Below the pieces are notes generated by a model. It was not told where the DNA came from, made no database searches, and saw nothing but the letters and a program-made list of their open reading frames with translations. A DNA stretch of 63,244 nt, filler included, from Octopus bimaculoides (Eukaryota): NCBI RefSeq assembly GCF_001194135.2. It is 5 parts of 5 records of this genome, joined end to end, with 100 filler letters (N's around TTAATTAATTAA, not from the genome) between each part and the next. Parts side by side here need not be neighbours in the genome. Positions count along the whole stretch, not along the records: positions 1 to 24,260 come from NC_069002.1; positions 24,361 to 36,552 come from NC_068983.1; 3 more parts are not named here. One strand, written 5' to 3'. The position numbers and the translations under genes are program-made. This document shows positions 13,152-25,719 of this stretch, in pieces. Each line of letters opens with the position of its first letter. The first letter of the stretch is position 1.

Positions 13152-13183
<32 letters not shown>

Positions 13184-13190
13184 CCGGATG
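12551..13190. repeat. Long degenerate (GA)n/(GACA)n tract
   Basis: Directly visible; similar tracts at 20765-20900 and 30262-30522. Confidence 0.95.
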
Positions 13191-13269
13191 AGAAAAAAGA
13201 ATGAGTTTGGTTCAACCACAAATATAGTTGTTGCAGGATTAAGTTACTTCCATTCATGTGTGTAATGTC

Positions 13270-14495
13270 ATGTTAACATCATCATCATCATCATCATCAT
13301 CGTTTAACGTCCGCTTTCCATGCTAGCATGGGTTGGACGATTTGACTGAGGACTGGTGCAACCGGATGGCTACACCAGGCTCTAATCTAATTTGGCAGAG
13401 TTTCTACAGCTGGATGCCCTTCCTAACGCCAACCACTCAGAGAGTGTAGTGGGTGCTTTTACGTGTCACCCGCACGAAAACGGCCACACTCGAAATGGTG
13501 TCTTTTATGTGCCACCCGCACAAGAGCCAGTCCAGGGGCACTGGCAACGATCTCGCTCGAAAACCCTACAAGGCCAGTCAGGCGGTACTNNNNNNNNNNN
13601 NNNNNNNNNNNNNNNNNNNNNNNNNNNNNNNNNNNNNNNNNNNNNNNNNNNNNNNNNNNNNNNNNNNNNNNNNNNNNNNNNNNNNNNNNNNNNNNNNNNN
13701 NNNNNNNNNNNNNNNNNNNNNNNNNNNNNNNNNNNNNNNNNNNNNNNNNNNNNNNNNNNNNNNNNNNNNNNNNNNNNNNNNNNNNNNNNNNNNNNNNNNN
13801 NNNNNNNNNNNNNNNNNNNNNNNNNNNNNNNNNNNNNNNNNNNNNNNNNNNNNNNNNNNNNNNNNNNNNNNNNNNNNNNNNNNNNNNNNNNNNNNNNNNN
13901 NNNNNNNNNNNNNNNNNNNNNNNNNNNNNNNNNNNNNNNNNNNNNNNNNNNNNNNNNNNNNNNNNNNNNNNNNNNNNNNNNNNNNNNNNNNNNNNNNNNN
14001 NNNNNNNNNNNNNNNNNNNNNNNNNNNNNNNNNNNNNNNNNNNNNNNNNNNNNNNNNNNNNNNNNNNNNNNNNNNNNNNNNNNNNNNNNNNNNNNNNNNN
14101 NNNNTCCAGCGGAACATACTGGCTTCATTCCTTGCGAGCTTACGCATGTCCTCAGCAGTCACAGCCCATGTTTCACTGCCATGTAGCATGGCTGTTCGTA
14201 CACATGCGTCATACAGTCTGCCTTTTACCCTGAGTGAGAGTCCCTTTGTCGCCAGCAGAGGTAAGAGCTCTCTAAACTTGGCCCAGGCTATTCTTATTCT
14301 AGCAGTTACACTTTCAGCGCACCCACCCCCACTACTAACTTGGTCGCCCAGATAGCGGAAGCTATCAACTACCTCTAGTTTTTCTCCCTGGAATGAGATA
14401 GAAGTTGTTTCCTGTTTGTTCACAGTGTTTATTGCACCTGAACATCTGCCACATACAAAGACTAACTTTGTAGTTAATCTGCCTTTGATGTTAAC
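13270..14495 (-). mobile_element. RTE-clade LINE, 5'-truncated: RT C-terminus plus 3' UTR (middle in gap)
   Basis: Minus ORF LEVVDSFRYLGDQV...ARIRIAWAKFRELLPLL...LHGSETWAV is the typical RTE RT thumb region; the 3' UTR ends in (GAT)n at about 13270-13300. Confidence 0.9.
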
Positions 14496-16584
14496 ATATA
14501 CATGTTAATAGAGTAAACTTTTGATCTAAATCATCCTTTTCTTAAAGGTGACAGCTTGTGACATACATACATACATACATGCACACAAACACTGCATTAG
14601 TTATCATCTGGCTGTTACAGCTAGGCTTTATAAACTGCTACAGCTAGGCATGTATATCCTGAATGACAGCTGTATTAATGTTACCGCCTCACTGTCACTC
14701 CATATTTGTCACTTACACAACTCTGTTCCCCCCCCCCCACCTTCCCTGTTATCAGTCATTCTCTCTATGCCACCTCATTTCCCTCACACCAACACTCTTG
14801 CACCTTTCTCATTTTATCCCAAAACAGATCACCCTACCATTACAATTTTATAAGTTATATAAGATGTGTGTGTGTGTGTGTGTGTGTGTGTCTGCATTGG
14901 GAGGGTCACACAGTCAATAAATACACACATTGGTTGTAGTTCACTTCAGTTTTATTTATATAGTCAGGATGTTTTCATCACAAAAACTGTGATAACTTCT
15001 TTTGTAAACATTAAAAAGTGGAGGCACATGGCTTAGTGGTTAGGGTGTCAGCATCATGATCATAAGATTGTGGTTTCGATTCCTTGATTACAATCCCATA
15101 AATTAAAGAATTTGTTATTTGGATTTAAAGTAGGGAAATTTGGGTAATTTTAGCCAATCAACAGACAGCAAGGCATTAACAGCTTGCTACCATGACAACT
15201 GAATGTTGCATTGTATTTCACTTCACCTGCATCTGTGCCGCACGTGTGTGTGTGTGTGCATGTATGTACGTGTGTGTATATATGTGTGCATGTATGTGTG
15301 GGTGTTGTATGTGAAGAGTTATATGTGCGTTTGTGTGTGCATGTGTGTATATATGTGTGTTGTGCATGTGGGTATAAATGTGTGTTCATGTGTATGTATA
15401 TATGTGCATGTATGTATGTTGTGTGCGTGAGAGGGGCATACATGTGCATTCATATGTGTGTATGCGTGCATGTGTGCATATGTGTGTGTGCATATGCCTG
15501 TGCATATATATATTTTGTGTGTGTGCTTTGTGCATGGGATCTAGTTAAATCACAGGTTATAGGTCATTTCACTGATGTTAAACTATAAATTTCACAGGGT
15601 ACAACATTAAAGTTGACACCACTGTCTCACTATTGGCTAAAAATACGCAGTTTTTTTTTCAATTTTTAAACTTCTGTAACTTTTCCTCAAATTTTTTTTT
15701 CTCCACAAGATCATGGATTCACAATAATAAGAGTGGAAAACTACATCAATATAACCAATTTTCAGATTTTTTACTTACTTTTAAAAAATGCAGATTTAGT
15801 GAATCAATTTAACTAGATTTGAAGGAGGAGGAGGACAAGAAGAAGAAGAAGAAGAAAGCTATAAAAATCTGGGTTACCACAAGAACAAAAGATAGAACAA
15901 TAAAATTGTCATTTGAATATTTCTAAAGAAATGACCTCTGCTCATTCTTGTGGTAGTGTTGGGAGGTTTGAAGCCAAGCATNNNNNNNNNNNNNNNNNNN
16001 NNNNNNNNNNNNNNNNNNNNNNNNNNNNNNNNNNNNNNNNNNNNNNNNNNNNNNNNNNNNNNNNNNNNNNNNNNNNNNNNNNNNNNNNNNNNNNNNNNNN
16101 NNNNNNNNNNNNNNNNNNNNNNNNNNNNNNNNNNNNNNNNNNNNNNNNNNNNNNNNNNNNNNNNNNNNNNNNNNNNNNNNNNNNNNNNNNNNNNNNNNNN
16201 NNNNNNNNNGGATTACTCAAGTGAGAAGTAATAAATAGGGTGATTGATTAATCCTTTTGTTATCACATTTCTGTTGAAACACAACACCTTTGTTTCAATT
16301 AATTCTTTAAAAAATGCGGAATTTAGTAAAATAAGTTTGCCATGGTACGTAGGTTAATCGTTTTTTTATTTAGTATTTTTTCATTTGTCTTGCCCTTTTT
16401 ACAGTCTGTCGTGTCGCTGAAATTTTTACTGAGAACATATTCTTCGTGGTTAGATGATTCGGCATCTATTTCTAGCATATAGGAGTCCACTTTTGCTGGT
16501 CATTTCTCTTATTTTTGTATATATATGTATGTATATATATGTATAATATATATATACAAATATATATGTGTGTGTGTACATATA

Positions 16585-17459
16585 CAGGGTGTGATGGGTA
16601 AATTGTTGCCATTTTATATTCTTAATTTTGGGCATGCACTTTGTTTTTTGATTTTGTCAACTACACTGTAGAGTAGGATCAGTTGGGCACTGTCTGTGAG
16701 AAAAACAGCACCATAATGCAATTCACTCTGCCAGAAATTTGGAAACGACATGCTGTACTACTTGGCATTCTTGCTGAAAGCTCCAATATGAACATTTCAA
16801 AGTGTTTGGCTGTCAGTCTGAGGACAGTGCTATCTGTGGACATGTACCAAGGGGAATAAAAATCAAACATCCAGTCAACATCATGGTGCTTGGAGTGATC
16901 ACTAGCGACAGCGATGTTATACCTCTATTCATCTTTCCACATGGCTTAAGACTCAACACAGAGGCCTACATCAAGTGCCTGGAGGAGGTAGTGCTACCCT
17001 GGGTTAAGGGGATGGCTACTGGAAAACCCTATGTTTAGCAACAGGACTCTACATCATGCCACACAAGCAGGAGAACCCAGTTATGGCTGTTAGACAATTT
17101 CTGCACCACCCCCCAACATCTGGCCACCTAACTCGCCAGACTGCAACCCCCTTGATTATTGTGTGGGGCGCAGTTGAGAGAGACCACAGAACTCCTTGAA
17201 ATACCAAACTTGAACTAAAGGCAAGGATTATGACAGCATTCAACAACCAAACAAGGAGACTGTCCACAAGAGTTGCAGGAGATTCTGAAATCATCTGAAG
17301 GCTGTTGGTTGAAGCCAATGGCGATTTTATTGCATAGATTTACTCTTTAGTATTTCAAAATATTTTTATGTAATTTTGGTAAATATATCTGTTAAAATGA
17401 GACGTCAGGTTATTTTCATTTTTGTGTAATTTAGACAACAATATATTCACCGCAAACTG
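16585..17459 (+). mobile_element. DD37D (maT-type) mariner, internally deleted and inactive
   Basis: Imperfect TIRs CAGGGTGTGATGGGTAAATTGTTG / CAGTTTGCGGTGAATATATTGTTG with TA flanks; KHPVNIMVLGVITSD..YIKCLEEVVLPW..*QQDS..WPPNSPDCNPLDY. Confidence 0.85.
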
Positions 17460-17555
17460 TACACACATACACACACACACACATTCATATATATACATAC
17501 ATACATACATGTATATATCTATATATCTATATATCTATATCTATCTATCTATCTA

Positions 17556-17607
<52 letters not shown>

Positions 17608-17808
17608 CACACACATACATACACACATGTGTGTGCATCATCACCATTGTTTAACGTCTGTTTTCCATGCTGGTATGGGTTGGATGGTTTGACAGGAGCT
17701 GTCCAGCCAAGGAGCTGTCCAAACTACAATTGTGTGTATTTATATTGGTGAAGGATGTGCAGACATACTCTTGCTAACACCGAGGAAAATATGAACTTTA
17801 AACCTTAC

Positions 17809-17872
17809 CTGGGGAGCGATCCAGTAATATTCCATAATCATCGATGAGGAAGTCACAATCATTTTCATACAT
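17809..17872 (-). CDS. AKNA: AKNA-like gene, first coding exon (MYENDCDFLIDDYGILLDRSP)
   Basis: Exon 17809-17891 has acceptor ...aaaatatag and strong donor CAG|gtaagg. ATG at 17872 has A at -3 and an in-frame TGA upstream in the same exon. It ends in phase 1, matching the phase-1 start of exon 10496-10670. Confidence 0.65.
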
Positions 17873-18302
17873 CCTTCTCAAACAGTGTCATCTATATTTT
17901 AATTAGGAGAAAATAAATGAATATATAAAACTGGAAGGAACGGATAACGATACAAGCAATTGATGTTACACTAGCAGTGCAGGTATGGCTGTATGGTTAA
18001 GAAGCTTGTTTCCCAGCCAAGTGGCTCTTGGTTCAGTTTCAGCGTAGCACCTTGGGAAAGTGTCTTCTACTATAACTCTAGGCCAACAAAAATCTTGTGA
18101 GTGGATTTGATGGAGAGAAATTGAAAAGGGCCTGTGTATATATATAGGTGTGTGTATGTGTGTGTGTACATGCTAATATTGAACAGTAAGAATGAGTGTT
18201 CAACACCACATTGAGGGATAAATATTTTTTCTTTATGGGTTAAGGCTACCAACGGTTTCATACAAAGAGATCTTCACAATTGTTCAAATGTGTCACGCGA
18301 AA

Positions 18303-18357
<55 letters not shown>

Positions 18358-18490
18358 ATGTATATATGTGTGTGTGTATATATATGTTGTATATATGTAT
18401 GCTATATATATATGTATAGCATGTACACACATAAACATACACATACATACACATACATATACATACACATATACATACACATACACATGC

Positions 18491-18517
<27 letters not shown>

Positions 18518-18522
<5 letters not shown>

Positions 18523-18606
18523 GTCAAAACAGTTTGATTCAGACTCCATGATACTCTGAGTTTCAAGGAGTACCAAGGAGTCTGAATCAAACAGTTTTGA
18601 TCTATA
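18518..18606. repeat. 89-nt hairpin (39-bp stem, 11-nt loop), MITE-like
   Basis: Arms pair with 3 mismatches and 1 G-T; terminal motif AAAACAGTTTGATTC. Confidence 0.85.
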
Positions 18607-18663
18607 CTTGTAACTCCCAATAAATGTGTTGAATGCCCTTCTTTCGTTCATCTACTCACTTGT

Positions 18664-18703
<40 letters not shown>

Positions 18704-18734
18704 ACACACACACAAATGCATTGTTTATTTGAAA

Positions 18735-19010
18735 TGAGACAGTTCAAGAACAGAATGGAATCAATAATGTGATCACAGAATACTAAAAGCACAAGTTCAA
18801 CTGGGCCAGATATGCAGCAAGATTATGCAGAAAACATGGAGAACTGTGCAGCTGCAGAGTGTTATCCAAGAGATTGGTAAAGGCCACTTGAGAGGCCTCC
18901 ATGAGGACAGGAAGATAATCTAGTGAAGCAATTTGGATCAAGATAGAAAAGAATGGTACAATCAAGAGAGAACTGGAAGTACATTGTGACCAGTGGTGTG
19001 TAACAGCATG
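18735..19010 (+). mobile_element. Degenerate RTE-1-like LINE 3' end
   Basis: Translates with stops as ..KFNWARYAARL..ECYPRDW*RPLERPP.., matching the RTE C-terminal WAGHVAR..WYPRDWKRP.GRP pattern. Confidence 0.65.
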
Positions 19011-19398
19011 TGATGGGCAGACGGATACTGTGATACTGTTACATCATCATAATTGTCATCGTCATCATTGTCATCATCATCATTTAACATCAATTTTCCA
19101 TAATACTATGGGTAGGACAGATTGACAACAACCAGCAAAAGCCATAGTCTACTTGCTTTGGTTTCTACAACTGGATGTAAACATCCGCCCATACCAGACA
19201 CACTCTGGTGCACACATATGGGTGTATATCTTGTTTTATGCATGAACGAATATACTGCATTGTATTTACAAATGTATTTACATCATCAATATATATCAGT
19301 CTTACAGAGAAATACAAATACGACATGCAGATAGGCACGGGCAAAAGAGCAAAATCATTATCCATATATATATGTATGTATATATATATATATACGTA

Positions 19399-19453
<55 letters not shown>

Positions 19454-19919
19454 NNNNNNNNNNNNNNNNNNNNNNNNNNNNNNNNNNNNNNNNNNNNNNN
19501 NNNNNNNNNNNNNNNNNNNNNNNNNNNNNNNNNNNNNNNNNNNNNNNNNNNNNNNNNNNNNNNNNNNNNNNNNNNNNNNNNNNNNNNNNNNNNNNNNNNN
19601 NNNNNNNNNNNNNNNNNNNNNNNNNNNNNNNNNNNNNNNNNNNNNNNNNNNNNNNNNNNNNNNNNNNNNNNNNNNNNNNNNNNNNNNNNNNNNNNNNNNN
19701 NNNNNNNNNNNNNNNNNNNNNNNNNNNNNNNNNNNNNNNNNNNNNNNNNNNNNNNNNNNNNNNNNNNNNNNNNNNNNNNNNNNNNNNNNNNNNNNNNNNN
19801 NNNNNNNNNNNNNNNNNNNNNNNNNNNNNNNNNNNNNNNNNNNNNNNNNNNNNNNNNNNNNNNNNNNNNNATATATGTATGTATGTATATTTATGTATGT
19901 GTGTATGTATATATGTATG

Positions 19920-20069
19920 TATCATTATAAATATACAGGGATTAGCAATTGAGTTGCTTCTCCAACATACTGAAAATTTAGAAATAGCAGTCAAAGAACT
20001 ACTATTTCTAAATTTTCAGTATGTTGGAGAAGCAACTCAATTGCTAATCCCTGTATATTTATAATGATA
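19920..20069. repeat. Perfect 68-bp inverted repeat with 14-nt loop
   Basis: 19920-19987 is the exact reverse complement of 20002-20069. Confidence 0.9.
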
Positions 20070-20832
20070 AATAGTTTTACCGATAAAGGTTTTTTTCATA
20101 CTGAACTACTTGGCAGAATTGTTAATTATTAATTCTATTATTAATTGACGATTCTCTGCCCTTATTCTTGTATATATATGTATGTATGTATATTTATGTA
20201 TGTGTGTATGTATATATGTATGTATGCATCTAAGTATGTGTATATATGTTATATAATATAATATAATATAATATAATTAATATAATTTAATTTATGCTAT
20301 CACACACTTACTATGCTATCACACACCTTCATTCCTAGTGTATTTAAATGATATACGCACCTGATATTTATAGGAGTCACGCTGTTGTTATTCTGTTGCT
20401 AACGAAATTATCTCCCTTTTGTGAGTGTTAGCAACAGAGAGGGAACGTGAGAGAGAACATGTTAGTGAAGTGATTGTCTAATACATATGTATATATAATA
20501 TGTATATAATAGCAAGAGAAAGAGAAGAGAGGCAAGGAAGGAAACTAGGAGAAAAAGAGAGAGATGGGTGTAATGGGGATAAAATCATAATGATAATGAT
20601 TGAAGAAAGATGACAGCAATATTGTTTCACCTGTATGGACAGGTAAAGCTGATGAAGAGTGCTAACTTAGACATGGTACCTTTGGAGAAATCGTGGATTA
20701 TTTGCTTAACTGATGGACTGACCTTAGATTTCAGCATATGTGTGTGTGTGTGTGTGTGTGTGAGTGTGTGTGAGAGACAGACAGAGAGAGAGAAGAGAAG
20801 AGAGAGAGAGAAGAGAAGAGAGAGAGAGAAGC

Positions 20833-20898
<66 letters not shown>

Positions 20899-20975
20899 CA
20901 AGAGGGAATGAAGGAAAAAGAATGATACAAACAGACCTTGATAATTGTAATGTGTTTATGTGTGTATTTTTTCTT

Positions 20976-21016
<41 letters not shown>

Positions 21017-21735
21017 ATAAGCCTTTAATGGTTGGATTAATCTCTTGGACAGGGATATCGGGGAAGGAGAAGGTGAAGTACAGGTCTTGAGGTAAGAAGG
21101 GTAGCTCTGGTCATGGAATGTTATGTACTTAACCAGCACTACCACCCACACTGTCATCACCATCACCATCACCACCATACCGCTACCACCACCACTGTCA
21201 CCATAAACCACCATCACTATTGCTGTCACCACCACCATCACTAACACCACCGCTGCTGCCACCACCACCACCACCACCACCACCACCACCATCATCCACN
21301 NNNNNNNNNNNNNNNNNNNNNNNNNNNNNNNNNNNNNNNNNNNNNNNNNNNNNNNNNNNNNNNNNNNNNNNNNNCATCCACACACCACCACCACCATCAT
21401 CCACACACCACCACCACCACAAAACCATCTGCACCAACACCAACAACAATGGCAACAACAATAACAACAACAATAACAAACATTTATTGGGTTAGGGAGA
21501 GCACTACATGGTCACTTGACTGCTAAAAATAGTAACTAAATCACCAGGAAATTTTACCTTGTCTCCTTAGAAATGTAAGGACACGAAAAGAAAGTATAGT
21601 CCAAAAGTAAATAGGCCAGAAGAAAATAAGAGGATGGGTGGGCATGTCTGGAATTCCATTGATATTTTTTTTTAGGTTTACACAGTGAGAGGTCTCCCAA
21701 CTGACTTGAAGCTGAACAACAACAACAACAACCTC

Positions 21736-21779
<44 letters not shown>

Positions 21780-22189
21780 TGACATCAACAACAACAGCAA
21801 CAGCAACACTGTTGTTGCTAAGACTTGTGTGTTGGCTCCAATCTGAGCCATACCATTATGTACTTCCCTGGACCCTACCCCCACCCCCTGGGCCACTCAA
21901 TCTCTAACAATATAAGGCAAACATGTTGTAACCTGATCACAGCAATCAAATTAAATCCTGCCCTCCTCCTTCATTCCTCATCTCCACCCCCACTTCCTGA
22001 AAACACTTCCAGATTGGTAGCGCTAATGGCTATGGCTTCTACATGATTGATAGGTCTGATAGAAATAGCACCCCAATCTCTCTCAAATAATATCAACAAC
22101 TGCAGAAATGAAGGCCATATTGGATGATGTATGTTGTCCTAGAAGCACACTGCATAAAAATCAGATGTGATGGTCATGGTTGATATTTA

Positions 22190-22690
22190 TTCTTTTCTAC
22201 TCTAGGCACAAGGCTCGAAATTTTTGGGGAGGGGGGGCAGTCGATTAAATTGACCCAAGTACGCAACTGGTACTTTATCGACCCCGAAAGGATGGATGAA
22301 AGGCAAAGTCGACCTCAGCAGAATTTGAACTCAGAACATAAAGACAGATGAATTACCATTAAGTATTTCACCCGGCGTGCTAACGTTTCTTATTTCTTTA
22401 TTGCCCACAAGGGGCTAAACATAGAGGGGACAAACAAGGACAGACAAAGGGATTAAGTCGATTACATTGACCCCAGTGTGTAACTGGTACTTAATTTATT
22501 GACCTGGAAAGGATGAAAGGCAAAGTCGACCTCGGCGGAATTTGAACTCAGAACATAAAGACAGATGAATTACCATTAAGCATTTCCCCCAGCGTGCTAA
22601 CATATCTTATTTCTTTATTGCCCACAAGGGGCTAAACATAGAGGGGACAAACAAGGACAGACAAAGGGATTAAGTCTATTACATCGACTG
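22190..22690 (-). mobile_element. SINE family 3 tandem array (about 217-bp period, two linkers)
   Basis: Repeated gtcgactttgcctttcatcc..aagtaccagtt bodies joined by the same linker of about 80 bp. Confidence 0.8.
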
Positions 22691-22904
22691 TATAGAATAC
22701 ACTTTGTAGTGCTTAAGAGCTTTAAAGTTGAGCAGGTAGAGGAGTAAATGTGTGGATAAGTAAGTTAGGCAAATCAATATACAAAAAATATTAAACACAC
22801 TTAATACAAAAAAATGTACATATGCTTACATATCAGAAATTCCAACTTACACAGAAAAGAAATGATATCGGGATTAAAGAGGTTGAATAAGAATTTAACA
22901 AGTT

Positions 22905-23137
22905 CTAGAAGTAGTTGATAGCTTATGTTACCTAGTGACCAAGTCAGTAGCAGGGGAGGGTGCGCTGAAAGTGTAGCTGCTAGAATAAGAATAGCCTGGG
23001 CAAAGTTCAGAGAGCTCTTACCTCTGCTGGTGACAAACGGCCTCTCACTCAGAGTAAAAGGCAGACTGTATGATGCTTGTGTATGAACAACCATGCTACA
23101 TGGCAGTGAAACATGGGCTGTGACTGCTGAGGACATG
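22905..23137 (+). mobile_element. RTE LINE RT fragment, same family as 13270-14495, with frameshift and stop
   Basis: Nucleotide match to the reverse complement of 14150-14390 (LEVVDS...AWAKFRELLPLL...HGSETWAVTAED). Confidence 0.85.
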
Positions 23138-24260
23138 TGACTGCTGAGGACGCGTCGCCCGGAATTGAACTCACGACCTTACGATCGAGAGCCGAATACT
23201 CTAACCACTAAGCCATGCACTATATCACGCACACACACACATGCATGCGCAGGCTTTTATTTGAATTTGTTCCCTACCACCGCCTGACAACAAGTGTTCG
23301 TTTATTTACGTCCCTGTAATACAGCGGTTCGGCAACAGGACTCGATAGAAAAAACACCAGGCTTGAAAAAAAAAAAAAAAGACACACTGGAGTCGATTTG
23401 TTCGACTAATCCCTTCAAGAAGGTTTTGGTTGGGCTGTGACTACAGCAGAAGACAGTTGCTCAAGATAAGTTTAGGGGCTGAACTTTACCCTACGTTGTT
23501 GGGGAGCAAACTTCGTAACTACACGGTAATGCTTCTATACTGTGATAAAAATACGCAGAATGTTATTTCGTTGAAATACCATAAATAAGAAAAGCTAGAG
23601 TGATTAAGCAAATATCTTAAGCTGCTTATTAATAACCAATTCATGACTTGGACAATGACAGCACGGTTTTTATAATGTTATTGTATATATGTGAGAAGTA
23701 AAGGAAAAGAAAACCACGCTTTATCTTCCTAGACAGGAAATTTTCTCCGTATCTGAAAATTCGCCATGAGACAGAGCATATTATATCAGCATTAAAAAGA
23801 ATCGTAAAAGGTTATAGGAAAGCATTAAATAGGTGTGTCTTTATTCAACATCAAACGTTGAAAATAAAAACGTGATGAAGTCATTTTAGGCGGAATTTAT
23901 TATGCAGGATTTTCCTACAGGAAAAATGTTTTTTGACGCCTAACCACATAATTCCAGGTTCATTTCCTCTGCGTGACACCTTGAGTGAGTGTCTTTTATT
24001 ATAGCCTCTGGCCGAACAAAGCCTTGTGAGTGGATTTGCTAGACGGAAACTGAAAGAAGCTCGTTGCACACACACACACGTACATAGGATGACTGGTAAT
24101 AAACTCACAGGAAAAAAAGTCACAATTAACTTATGGGATCCCAACAAAACAACCCCTAGGACAAAACCCTTGCGTTTTTTTTTTTTTTACCTGGATTCAT
24201 ATATAGATTAGATATACGAGTGCATCTTTTCCCTGACTTATGGTCTTTTAGACAACTCCC

Positions 24261-24360
24261 NNNNNNNNNNNNNNNNNNNNNNNNNNNNNNNNNNNNNNNN
24301 NNNNTTAATTAATTAANNNNNNNNNNNNNNNNNNNNNNNNNNNNNNNNNNNNNNNNNNNN
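24261..24360. other. Artificial scaffold-joining spacer (44 N + TTAATTAATTAA + 44 N)
   Basis: Exactly 100 nt; the 12-mer gives stops in all six frames; identical structure occurs four times. Confidence 0.95.
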
Positions 24361-25399
24361 TGGTGGTGGTGGTGGTGGTGGTATTGGTGGTGGTGTGTGT
24401 ATGTGTGTGCATTTTGTAGAACCAAGAGTAAAATATGCGGCATGCAAAGTAACGAATTTTTTTTTAAATTTGAGATATTTTCACATATACCAAAGATGTT
24501 AGCGCCTTCATTGCATAAAAAAAAATAATTTACATAATACACATTGAATTGAGAGTAGCAAGTTATATACGTTTCTTTGTTTTGTTTTGTTTTTTCAATT
24601 TATTTATTTATTTATTCATTGACACTAAAATTCTTACCATAGTATATAGTCTTATAATTTAAACATCAGCAGGAAACAGTTTCGGTACTTGAAATCTAAT
24701 CTATATTACTGGCCCTTTAAGCATATGATAAGATATGAATTTCCATAGAAGTGGTAGTCGTAGAAATACTTCACTGTCTTGTTGCTCACATTTCTAAGTT
24801 AAGGGTAAAAATAAAGCAACCCTGCAAGACACAACTGATCTCCTTACACACAGAAGCACACAATAACAGCAATCAAATAATGAAGCGGACTGCACAATAA
24901 ACATCAGCAATCTGACTGTCGCCTGTCCTCTTGACAAGAGATGCCAGTTAGTCTTTTACACCTAACAGGCCAATTCGTATAAGCCCGAGTTGCTGGATAA
25001 TTTTTTGTTACTTTAAGAATATTATAAAGCGGAAACTTTCCATAGATTGGAATTTAAATCCTAATCTCTTTAGAAATTTATTGTTTCAAAAAAAAAACAT
25101 TGAATTTGAATTACTTTTGATTTCTATGATTATAGATAACATCTCAGGGTGTAACTTCTGAGCCCGAGTCAGGCGCGTGTGAACGATGTCGAGAGACCGT
25201 CTGCTACGAATGATATTTTTTGACACAAGACACCTCTAAGATGCTGAACGAAAATAAATGAACTGTGGCCAGGCTCAATAAAAGAAACCCGAGTTATTGG
25301 CTGCAATTACATACTTGAAGTCAGTGTTGGCAAAAACTAAATCAGCTTGCAAATACACGCTTTCTTAACTAAATTTACACTCGGAGTTGCCACTGATAT

Positions 25400-25686
25400 A
25401 TATTGAAGTCTTCACTGGTACATTCTACCAATATTCCTTTTTATTATGAGTGGCTATGGCTTCTACCTTATTGTGAGTTCTTATTTCTTTGTCCTCGGGA
25501 TTATCCTTCCGATGGATTTCATTATGGAGTGTCCTAGCAACAACGTCACGTCTCATCGGCAGATAATACTCTGATGACATGTTCGGACAACAGCTTATGA
25601 TGTGGATGATATCTTTAGTGTGAACTCCACAGAGTCTGCATCGGTTGTCACATTTTACGGCTTTTCCTGTATCTCTATCCCTTATG
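25400..25686 (-). mobile_element. R4/Dong-like (RLE-type) non-LTR retrotransposon fragment
   Basis: CRLCGVHTKDIIHIISCCPNM..YYLPMRRDVVARTLHNEI..EYW*NVPVKT is the CCHC knuckle and RHD-like motif that precede the restriction-like endonuclease. Confidence 0.7.
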
Positions 25687-25719
25687 TGTGTATCTATTTA
25701 TGCATGTATATATGACTAT

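Noticed and set aside
11276-13257. Long ORFs such as the 564-aa SLSL.. frame and the many YIYI/HTHT/CVCV or poly-X ORFs in the track
   Set aside because: They are translations of microsatellites and N gaps, not genes.
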